Below, piece by piece: positions 43,622 to 53,949 of a stretch of 64,000 nucleotides of DNA. The DNA lies in NCBI GenBank assembly GCA_002269645.1, contig NIVC01001954.1, forward strand, positions 154,792-218,791, in the 5' to 3' direction. The DNA comes from Macrostomum lignano (Eukaryota). The translations under genes and the position numbers were made by a program. The stretch's first letter is position 1, and each line of letters begins with the position of its first letter. Under the pieces are notes generated by a model, which did not search any database, was not told the DNA's origin, and saw only the letters and a program-made list of their open reading frames with translations.

Positions 43622-46600
43622 AGATACGTAGACAGGTATATATAGATAGATACGTAGACGGATATAGATAGGTAGATACGTAGACAGGTATAGATAGATA
43701 GATACGTAGACAGATATAGATTGATTGATAGATACGTAGACAGATATAGATAGATAGATACGTAGACAGGTATAGATAGATAGATACGTAGACAGGTATA
43801 GATAGATAGATGCGTAGACAGATATAGATAGATAGATACGTAGACAGGTATAGATAGATAGATGCGTAGACAGATATAGATAGATAGATACGTAGACAGG
43901 TATAGATAGATAGATACGTAGACAGGTATAGATAGATAGATGCGTAGACGGATATAGATAGATAGATACGTAGACAGGTATAGATAGATAGAAGTTACGT
44001 ATACAGATAGACAGATAAGTAGGTAGGTAGGTAGGAAGATTTCCTATTGAATAGATGGATAGAAGAGAAATCTCTAGTTTGTACAAGCAATATACGAGTA
44101 TTTATACCTTTGCTATTTTTTAAACCGCACACAGGCGCCTGACACCGCAGCTGCACAGCCGCAGCCGTCATCGCTGCAGGCGGCGCTTGACGAAGATCTG
44201 ACATTGACTAACACTGCTGGTCGGGACACTTCATCGGCGTCCACCACTCAGCTGACAGTCAGCCAGAGTCTACTGCAGGCTGCCGACGCCACCGATGTCG
44301 ACGAAGATGAGGATCTAGAAGACGATAAATCGCTGCGCGAAGTCCTGCCGTCGGAGAGTCAACGCCGGCAAACTGTGAAACGGCAGCGCCGTACCGCCGG
44401 CGGCGACACGGTTGACAACGCCGCCCCTCCGGCTGCCACTCCGGCCCGCGCGGACGCATCCTACGTGAAGCTGACGCTGGACATCGCCCGCATGTACCAG
44501 CAGGACGAGACCGGCAGGCGAGCCTACCAGGCTAAACTGTTGGCTCTGAGACAGCGCAGCGCCAAGGAGACGGCTAGAAAGTCGCTGAGATTTCTGCGCA
44601 GTCTGGCCAACGGAGGCAGCGGAGGCGGAGGCAGCTCTGTCGATCAGAATGAAGTTTGGCCGCGCGAACGGATAGCGGCAAACGAGAGGCTGGTGCTGGA
44701 GCAGTACCGCCTGGAGAAGCAGCAGGTTCGGGCGCTGCGACGGCTCCACGGATTGCAACAACAACAACAGCAACAGCTGCTGCACAGCAAGCCTGACGAA
44801 GATGATGACGAGGAGGCCGACTCGTCCAGGTTGGTGACGCGTCGTTTAGAATCAGTTATTGGTTAACTTGCTAAAACCACTTTGGCGTGAATGAGGCCAA
44901 CGCTGTGGAATCCCAATCAGTGGAATCCCAATCAGTGGAATCCCAATCAGTGGAATCCCAATCAGTGGAATCCCAGTCACTGGAACCCCACAGTCAGTGG
45001 AATCCCAGTCAGTGGAATTCCTATCAGTGGAATCCCAGTCACTGGAACCCCACAGTCAGTGGAATCCCAGTCAGTGGAACCCCACAGTCAGTGGAGAGTC
45101 AGTGGAATCCCACAGTCAGTGGAACCCCAGTCAGTGGAACACCACAGTCAGTGGAATCCCAGTCAGTGAAATCCCAGTCAGTGAAATCCCACAGTCAGTG
45201 GAATCCCAGTCAGTGGAACACCACAGTCAGTGGAATCCCACAGTCAGTGGAACCCCAGTCAGTGGAACACCACAGTCAGTGGAATCCCAGTCAGTGGAAT
45301 CCCACAGTCAGTGGAATCCCAGTCAGTGGAACCACAGTCAGTGGAATCCCAGTCAGTGGAACCCCACAGTCAGTGGAGAGTCAGTGGAATCCCCCAGTCA
45401 GTGGAACACAACAGTCAGTGGAATCCCAGTCAGTGGAATCCCAGTCAGTGGAATCCCAGTCAGTGGAATCCCAGTCAGTGGAATCCCAGTCAGTGGAACA
45501 CCACAGTCAGTGGAATCCCAGTCAGTGGAACACCACAGTCAGTGGAATCCCAGTCAGTGGAATCCCAGTCAGTGGAATCCCAGTCAGTGGAATCCCAGTC
45601 AGTGGAACCCCACAGTCAGTGGAGAGTCAGTGGAATCCCACAGTCAGTGGAACCCCAGTCAGTGGAACACCACAGTCAGTGGAATCCCAGTCAGTGGAAC
45701 ACCACAGTCAGTGGAATCCCAGTCAGTGGAACACCACAGTCAGTGGAATCCCCCAGTCAGTGGAACACCACAGTCAGTGGAACACCACAGTCAGTGGAAC
45801 ACCACAGTCAGTGGAACACCACAGTCAGTGGAACACCACAGTCAGTGGAATCCCAGTCAGTGGAACACCACAGTCAGTGGAATCCCAGTCAGTGGAACAC
45901 CACAGTCAGTGGAATCCGAGCCAGTAAAATCAATAGAATACAAAGCTACATCTAAATGAAACATCTAAATGAAAATAAACGGGACTGGCAAAGAATCACA
46001 AGTTTCTTTGCCAGTCCCGTCCGTCATAAGCTGCCAAATCTTCCTAGTAGTGCGCGCACTGGGCTATTAGCAGGAAGCGCAGCTATAAGCTGTTTCCAGA
46101 GTTTTATTAGCTGTTGATAATTGTCTTCCCGATTCGTTTTCCTCTTGTTTTTCACTGCTCTAATTTTATTTTTCCGTATTTTGGCGGGACTTATCTTCTA
46201 AGTTTCTTTGATCTGTGATTTTATTTGGCGAAGAGAAATGATGCTTATTTCTAGTTTTCTTCAGTCAATTAGTGAGCAGGTGCAAGCAAGGCGGGTCTGA
46301 CTTGTAATCATGCCCGGCTGTAATAATCTAATGGTTGATGCACAAAATTGTTTAACCAATAAACACTTATTGAAGAGTCTACAGATCTGTAGGCTGTAGG
46401 CAGTGGCATTTTCACCCCACCCATCCCCATGTGATCCTGATTACTGTTTACTGCGACTGCAGCCTAAGGTAGGGCCTTAGATACGTAGCGAAGTCTGTCA
46501 AAGCCGACGATTGGTGAGACATCTAGAGAATGGTATAAAAGTGGCTGGAATTTACAAACCAGTAATCGTTAATCGTTATAATCGTTATACGTTAGTACGC

Positions 46601-49600
46601 GGCTGCTTGCTTTACCGTAGTCAACTGTATGGTAAAGCAAAGTCAAGTGTATGGTATGGCATAGTCAACCTGTAAGTGCACCTGTAGAAATTCTGGGGGC
46701 AGAGTAGATCAGCTGCTCTCGCACCGGACCCTCCTGGTTTGATTCTGTGTGCGGAATCCACATTAATTTCGGGCTTTTTCACAAAAATCAGGCCATGAGG
46801 GCTAACTCCCAAGGCGCAGAGAGTGTACAAGTCTGTCAGAGTCAAGGCCGCTGTACACCCTGTGTGAGCGAAAAGCGTGTGTATGATTGCGTGCCTTCGT
46901 ACAGTATTAGCGCACTTGTATGTGCTCAGGAGGCAGCAGAATGGGCAGAATTGTCTTATCACTGGTTGTGGAATGATGTCGCCGAAGGCGTTGCGCCAGG
47001 GTGCCCGCAACCCGCCTGCGAATATTTTTACACCTGTTCAGTTGGTAGGCTCCAAGGTTTCTACATCTACAGCATTTTGCTGTTCATTCCCCCCCCCCGA
47101 AACAGCCTCAGCCAGCTGGACCGGCAAATGCGGAAGCTCCGCCCGGACAGTCTGACGCCAAGAGAGCAGCGCCTTCACCAGCGCCGCAAAGAGTCTCGCG
47201 AATTAGTCAGCTGGCGATCGGCTGCCTCGCCTACGGCGTCCGCTTCGGCCGATCGATCAACTAGCCGCAGCAAGCCGTCGGTTGCGACGGCAGTCCCGGC
47301 GCCGGCAGCGGCCTCGGTCACGGCTGAGGCTGTCGATGACTCGGACAGCGGCAGCAGCGCGTCAACTTTAGTCAGCCGCAGCCATCAGGCCGCTGCGCCT
47401 GGCCGGTCATCGCCGTCCAATTCTACAACTTCGTCGTCCATCGCCACTGAGCTGCAGCCGCCGACAGCGACGCGTAGTTACGCGGACAGCTTCGAAGGCT
47501 CGGCCGGTTCCGCTTCGGCTGCCCCTGTAGACACGGCCCGCAGCGGCCGATCCGCCCGGTCAGAGAGCGTCACCACCGCTGCAGTTGACACCGAGGCTTC
47601 GGAGGCGGCCCGGTCTAAAGCGGCAACTGCTACGCCTAGAACGGTTAATGAGACTACTGCTAATGGTGAGGCTGGGCGGTTATCCGCTTGTCTATTAAAA
47701 GTTTTAGCGAATAGTTTGTTGTCTGTCAAGGAAGTCTGAAAATACTGAAAGCAGTGGCAATCTGAAATCTGGGAGAATATTGAGATCCTGAAATCTGAGA
47801 GAATATAGAAGTCCTGGAGTCTGAGGTAATCTATAGAAAAATTCTCCAACCTGGCTACCATCTGATATACCATCTGGCTATCATTTTTGCAGAGACGGAC
47901 GTATCCGAATACGAAAGCCGCATTAAGGCCCTGAGTCACCAGTTGCAGGAGCGTCAGCATGTGCTCAAACAACTGAAACGTGAGCACAGCCGCGTCTCCA
48001 AGGACCAACTGCGTCAGCGGGAACGGGAACTGCGTCGCCGAATCGAGGCCTACGATAAAAACATTGCCGATTTAGAGAAAGACTTACGCCGGTCGAAGGG
48101 TTCGCCGACACCTAGCGAGACTTCGTCCGAGTCGGCGTCGGCTTCGGCCTCGGCTTCGAACGGCCGCCGCTCGGCCAAGTCGGCAACAGCGTCGGCAGCC
48201 TCGGCGGCATCGCGGCGCACCGCCGCGGCCTCTTCGGAATCATCGACGGCTACTTCAGCAGCTTCGCCTCGCAAAGCATCGTCAACTGCTTCGCCAGCGT
48301 CGGCTCCAGCTTCGGCGAGGTCACCGCGCACCCAAACAGCTTCGGTGATTGAAGCCGTCGAAGAAGAGATCGACGATGCCGTGTCCGAGCAGTTGCCAAC
48401 AACAGCTGCCACCACTCCTAGAGCATCGGCCAGAAGCCGCCGGACAGGTTCGGCCAGCAGCATGACCGAGGAGATCGAGGCCGCCGCTTCCGAGTCGTCT
48501 TCATCCGCCACCGTCAGCAGCAGTCGCCGCGTCGTACCCACCGCCTCCGCCGCCGCCGCCGCCTCAGTTCAGGAGGACATTCCGCCGAGTAGCGACTCAG
48601 CTGGCGCCGGCGCCTACTCAGAGGATTTCGAAGCCGATGAGGCCTCCCCGTCGGCGGCTTCGGCGACTTCTTCTGGCAGCAGCCAGCGCAGGCGGGTGTT
48701 GGACTCGAGAGACGACAGCGTGCGTACAGCTTCGCGCCAAGTCACCGTATCGGAGCCGGAGCCGGACCAACGTCGGCACGAGGAGGCCGAGGAGGCTTCG
48801 GCGTCAGCAGCCGCAGTCGACGAGGAAGAAGACGCCGACTACAAAGACGATTACGAGGATGCACCAACCTCAGCTAGAACACCGCGTACTCCTCGCGTTG
48901 TGAACTTCTCCGAGATTAATGAAGAGTACAGCTTCCACAGCGACGACGAGAAACGGCCGGCCCAGCAGCCGCCGAAGTCGCCGACTAAGCCGGCCTCGTT
49001 GGAGATTAAACCGGGCCAGAACGAGCAGGCGGGCGCGGACGAAGAAGAAGACGACGACGAAGACGTGCCAATGTCGGCCCGCACAATCCCATCGGAGATG
49101 TCTGACCTACCCAGCGAGGCCAGCGACGACAGCGACTCGGTCCCGTCCACTCGCGACAAGCCGGCGTCCGAGCAGGACAGCGCGAAACGCGAACCGTCGA
49201 ACGTCGAAGTCAAAGACGAAGAAGAGGAAATTGTCGAGGATCTGCCATTTGACGATGAAAACGAAGAGGACGAGCTTATCTTCGATGAGAAGCCACCACC
49301 GTACCTCATGGAATCGAAGGAGGCCAAAGAGCCTGCCGACGATGAGGCCAGCGATAAGCAGCTGGAGACGGCTATTCAGGAGGCCTCGCTGCATCGCTCA
49401 GAGTTGCGCGCGGACCAACTGAGCGACGAGCTGACCAACCAGCTGCTGAGCAGAGCTCTGGACGAAGCGCTGCAGTTGAGGCGACAAAATCGATGCGCCA
49501 CCACCGCACCGACACCGCAACAGGCTCCTCCAATTCCGCCGCGTCCACCAGCAGGTGCTGTTGGCAGCCACGGCCTGCTTGACGAGGATATGTGGGAAGA

Positions 49601-51011
49601 GGACCTCCTGGATGTTGCCGAAGCTGGAAAGCGATCGTTGGTCATCGATGATCGCAACGAGGGACCGCTGCCACGTCTGCTAACGCCGGCTCTGCCGCTG
49701 CCCCGACGCCGCCACCTCCGACGCCGCTTGTGCCAAGCTCGGAAGCTGAGGTAGCCGAGCTGGCCGGCCACTCGCTGCGTATCCAGCTGGCCCGCCTGTC
49801 CTCCGGTCAGCAATTAGACGACGAGGCGCCTGAAGACCTAGTTGCCATGGCAACGCTTGACCCGTCCGCTGTTGCTGCGGCGGCAGCAGTCGCTGCGTCA
49901 GTCGAGTCGGACGAAGACAAAGAGGAGGACGATGAAGGTGGGAGATCTTCTGCCGCCAATGTCGTTGCGGCCGCCGCCAAAGCCGGGCGCGCTTTCGCCG
50001 TGGGCATTCACCAGCTGGTTACTGACGAACTGCGGGAAGTCCTGCAGCTGCCGCCGCCACCGCTTCCGCCGGCGCCGACAGTCGAGCCAGCATCCGCTGG
50101 GCCTGATGAGGAGGCCTCGCCGACCGCGGCCGTCGGTCCTGCCGACTGGGAGCCGCCGGAGCGGACGCGCTACTTTCTTCGGCCACGCTTTCGCCGACGC
50201 CCGCCCTCGGATGAGGCCGAGCTGGTGGAAGCTGTCCGTCAGCGGCTGGCCGGCGTGCCCGGCGTTTGCCGGCTGTCCACAGCGGAGTCACCGGCGGACA
50301 CGTCGCGCCCTCAGCCAGCTCCCCAGCGCATCGGCAAGCTTCAAGCTTGGTCAGCAATGAAACGACGCGATCGAGTGGACCAGGTAATTTTTTGGGTCTT
50401 GTGTTTCGGGTGTTTGGAGCATTGGAAATCTTTGAAAAATGGGGACAGAGAGCGACCGGATGTCACTGGCTATAGCCTATAGTTGACCACCCACAGACTG
50501 ACCGGAAGTCACTGACTGTTGTCTATAGTTGAACACCCACAGACTGACCGGAAGTCACTGACTGTTGTCTATAGTTGAACACCCACAGACTGACCGGAAG
50601 TCACTGACTGTCGCCTATAGTTGAACACCCACAGGCTGACCGGAAGTCATTGACTGTCGCCTCTAGTTGAACACCCACAGGCTGACCGGAAGTCACTGAC
50701 TGTCGCCTATAGTTGAACACCCACAGGCTGACCGGAAGTCACTGACTGTCGCCTATAGTTGAACACCCACAGACTGACCGGAAGTCACTGAAGCATTGAA
50801 TTAGACCTTGCTTAATCCCTAATACCTCAAATTATTTCGCCACTCCACCCTCCAGGTTCTTGTTGAAGAGCTTCGCCAAGAAGAGCCGGGCTGGGTAGAC
50901 TACGAGGTGGACGAGACCGAGGCCAAGCTGAAGGTGGCCGACGAAGTGCTCGCCCAGCTGCTGGCAGACACGGCCATCTGTCTGCGCGACTTGCATAGTC
51001 GGGCGTCCTGA
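37196..51011 (+). CDS. CEP350: Centrosome-associated protein 350 (CEP350)-like, ~10 coding exons, one frameshift
   Basis: Exons: 37196-37247 (candidate first), 38200-38619, 39099-40110, 40927-41467, 42044-42361, 43306-43455 (GC donor), 44135-44829, 47106-47665, 47893-50383 (frameshift near 49661), 50856-51011. Recalled CEP350 blocks are matched by QEKIKEYLQQQ, ELQFYDSLEESHRQLTELDRHR...QETVALAQVLKA, KLTLDIARMYQQDE...AKLLALRQRSAKE, EQRLHQRRKESRELVSW, ESRIKALSHQLQER and the C-terminal VLVEELRQEEPGWVDYEVDE...KVADEVL (DUF4378-like). Confidence 0.88.
37405..38175. repeat. 26-bp minisatellite in the first CEP350 intron
   Basis: CTTGCATAACACTGCCTCACTATCAC and C-rich variants; ends ~25 nt before the acceptor at 38199. 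Confidence 0.95.
38716..38739 (+). CDS. Candidate 24-nt micro-exon of CEP350
   Basis: CAATCAG|AAACGGCTACAGCGACTGTAGCAG|GTTTGT; phase 1-1, in frame (K-TATATVA-E). Confidence 0.45.
40185..40830. repeat. 31-bp pyrimidine-rich minisatellite
   Basis: CCTCTCTGATTCCCTCCCTTGTCATTCAGTG units. Confidence 0.95.
41710..41930. repeat. Degenerate 20-21-bp minisatellite
   Basis: CCCCAATCCCTTTAAGAATCG units. Confidence 0.9.
42560..42920. repeat. 21-bp minisatellite
   Basis: ACAGACAGATTCTTGGCTATT units. Confidence 0.97.
43580..44035. repeat. GATA-derived composite minisatellite
   Basis: (GATT)n followed by GATAGATAGATACGTAGACAGGTATA-type units. Confidence 0.93.
44905..45915. repeat. 15/16-bp minisatellite
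   Basis: CAGTCAGTGGAATCC and CAGTCAGTGGAACACCA-type units. Confidence 0.97.
45979..46020. other. Perfect 17-bp hairpin with 8-nt loop
   Basis: ACGGGACTGGCAAAGAA-TCACAAGT-TTCTTTGCCAGTCCCGT. Confidence 0.95.
46696..47012 (+). repeat. Dispersed ~300-bp repeat, copy B
   Basis: Colinear with 26453-26737; lies in a CEP350 intron ~90 nt before the acceptor at 47105. Confidence 0.8.
50480..50790. repeat. 46-bp minisatellite in the last CEP350 intron
   Basis: TATAGTTGAACACCCACAGACTGACCGGAAGTCACTGACTGTCGCC units. Confidence 0.95.
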
Positions 51012-51101
51012 GAGTTGACCAACCGGAAGTTTTCCATTGTTTCATTTTTTGTTTCGAATATTTGATCGGGTCGCTGCCGCCTAAACACGTTTATTATTAC
51101 C

Positions 51102-51107
51102 AATAAA
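51102..51107 (+). terminator. Candidate polyadenylation signal of CEP350
   Basis: AATAAA ~90 nt after the TGA at 51009-51011, followed by T-rich sequence. Confidence 0.55.
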
Positions 51108-51719
51108 TTGTAGCTTAATCTTAGCTTTTAGTTGGATATTTTATTATATAAAAATTTAAATATATTTTTGCGTTAACACAAATAAAATATGAACTCATTC
51201 TTTGTGAGCTCTGTCCCGTCCAAGCTTATACAGTTGTGCCGGTCGCAATGTTAATTTAACAAATCTGTGCTGATTTGCACGCGGTCCATTCCTTGACTAA
51301 ATACTGCTTATACTGGTGTGCGTCTTGTCCCAAATTATTGTCATTATTATTGTGTTCCAAATGGAAATACGAGTATATAATATATTTTAGCTTACTTTCT
51401 GTGAATCTAAAGTTTAATGTGCATTCTATTTTCTAATGCTCGTATCTGGCTCGTATATTTGTATATTATATTATTATCATTTTGTGAATTTTACTGCTTA
51501 AATTTTTACTACACGCTGGGCTAAAAATACATTTCAAAGCTTAATGCCAAGTAAAAATGACTTAACCAATTAAATTAGAGAAGTGAGATCAGCTACTCCA
51601 CTCACAGACTTGTACGAAACTGCATCGTAAAATTTCTCATCGCAGTAAACTTTATCAGGTTTTTCGTTTATCTCATTTTTTTCAATTACTCGTAGCTGAA
51701 TATCGACTCAATGATTTGC

Positions 51720-52805
51720 ACCTGAAATCATTAGACCCTATTCCTTGCACCTGAATTCCTTAGGCTACCCTATTCCTTGCACCTGAATTCCTTAGGCTAC
51801 CCTATTCCTTGCACCTGAATTCCTTAGGCTAACCTATTCCTTGCACCTGAATTCCTTAGGCTACCCTATTCCTTGCACCTGAATTCCTTAGGCTAACCTA
51901 TTCCTTGCACCTGAATTCCTTAGGCTACCCTCTTCCTTGCACCTGAATTCCTTAGGCTACCCTATTCCTTGCACCTGAATTCCTTAGTCTACCCTATTCC
52001 TTGCACCTGAATTCCTTAGGCTACCCTATTCCTTGCATCTGAAGTCCTTAGGCTACCCTATTCCTTGCATCTGAAGTCCTTGGCTACCCTCTTCCTTGCA
52101 CCTGAATTCCTTAGGCTAACCTATTCCTTGCACCTGAATTCCTTAGGCTACCCTATTCCTTGCATCTGAAGTCCTTAGGCTACCCTATTCCTTGCATCTG
52201 AAGTCCTTGGCTACCCTCTTCCTTGCACCTGAATTCCTTAGGCTAACCTATTCCTTGCACCTGAATTCCTTAGGCTACCCTATTCCTTGCATCTGAAGTC
52301 CTTGGCTACCCTCTTCCTTGCACCTGAAGTCCTTAGGCTACCCTCTTCCTTGCATCTGAAGTCCTTGGCTACCCTCTTCCTTGCACCTGAAGTCCTTAGG
52401 CTACCCTATTCCTTGCATCTGAAGTCCTTAGGCTACCCTCTTCCTTGCACCTGAAGTCCTTAGGCTACCCTATTCCTTGCACCTGAAGTCCTTAGGCTAC
52501 CCTATTCCTTGCACCTGAATTCCTTAGGCTAACCTATTCCTTGCACCTGAATTCCTTAGGCTACCCTCTTCCTTGCACCTGAATTCCTTAGGCTACCCTA
52601 TTCCTTGCACCTGAATTCCTTAGGCTACCCTATTCCTTGCATCTGAAGTCCTTAGGCTACCCTATTCCTTGCATCTGAAGTCCTTGGCTACCCTCTTCCT
52701 TGCACCTGAAGTCCTTAGGCTACCCTATTCCTTGCATCTGAAGTCCTTAGGCTACCCTATTCCTTGCACCTGAAATCACTAGCTACCCTATTTCCTGCAC
52801 CTGAA
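51720..52805. repeat. 32-bp intergenic minisatellite
   Basis: TTCCTTGCACCTGAATTCCTTAGGCTACCCTA units. Confidence 0.97.
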
Positions 52806-53949
52806 ATTTGTGGTGAAAACTGGCTAGCTCATAAGTGCTGGATGTAATTGACTGTCATTCCGCATCGCTCGTAAGATGTAATATCGTCAACACAATGACG
52901 TTACTTGAGGAATTCTATTTTCCTCCTGGATATATTTCTCTCGAGTGTACATCGCGAAAATCTAATTACAGTTGACGTTTGAATACATATTAAACTGCTA
53001 TTGAGCCACACATGGAAGACATTTCAATGAATTAAAGATAGAAATAAAGATTGAGTTAACGCTCAGAAAGAGATGCTAGAGCCGTAGAGGGTTAAATACT
53101 CCTTAACAGCAGCGAAAGCCTGTGCTACTGACAAAAATTGTCACAAAATTGACTCAAAATTTTAATTATTAAAATGGAATTTGGATAACTCGGGTAGTGC
53201 AGTCGGTCAGGTCAGGCAAACTATGCTTTAAAAATTAATCCTTCATTTTATTTAATGCTTCTTTAATCTGCATTTAAAGCTCTAGGGCTGGCGCTGGTTT
53301 GTTATTTCAATTTGAATAGGAGACCCCCAGGCCTCCTGCCATTGGCTATAGCCGTCTAGCCCAGTGGGCAACACTAGACAGCCAGTCCGAGATTTGCACT
53401 GGGCGTGGGGTGGGGGTGGGCTCCGCGTGTTTGTGTGCAAATAAAGAGAGGAACCTGCCGATGCCGACCGTCTTCTGCCCTTCCCGCCAACAAACCTTCG
53501 ACAGTCCAGCCGGCATACTCCCTTTTAATCCTTTTCCCCTTGATTCGGCTAAGACTAGGCCCCAGAGCGCAGTTCGGACAAGGATAAGCAATTCAGTGCA
53601 AACGAAGGATCCTTCTTGGCCTATATTATAATTACTAGCGCACTTGCTCAGCCGATTTTTCGAGGCGCATGATAAGGAAGCGAATTGTGCGGCCCAGCCT
53701 AATTGCGCTAGTATAGCTTCCACACTTCTTTTTTCTGGTCTTTGCCCAAGTCTGTGACTGGCCTGCGGCTATTAAGGCTCCGAGCTAAAAATTAGGGAGT
53801 TGCTACTAGAAATAAATATATTTGCGCCAATAGTTGGTCTGGCTTGCCTTATAAAGGCTAGCTAAATAGATATCGATCATCACAAATCATTGTTATTTGT
53901 TTAAAACAAGCTTCTCCGAAAAACAGCAACCCTGGAAGGCCCGGAAGTA

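Noticed and set aside
44887-45959. Several 240-346-aa SQW/VES ORFs
   Set aside because: 15/16-bp intronic minisatellite; the real exon ends at 44829.
46747-47105. N-terminal part of the 330-aa ORF
   Set aside because: Intronic read-through across the dispersed repeat; coding similarity starts only at the acceptor 47105|47106.
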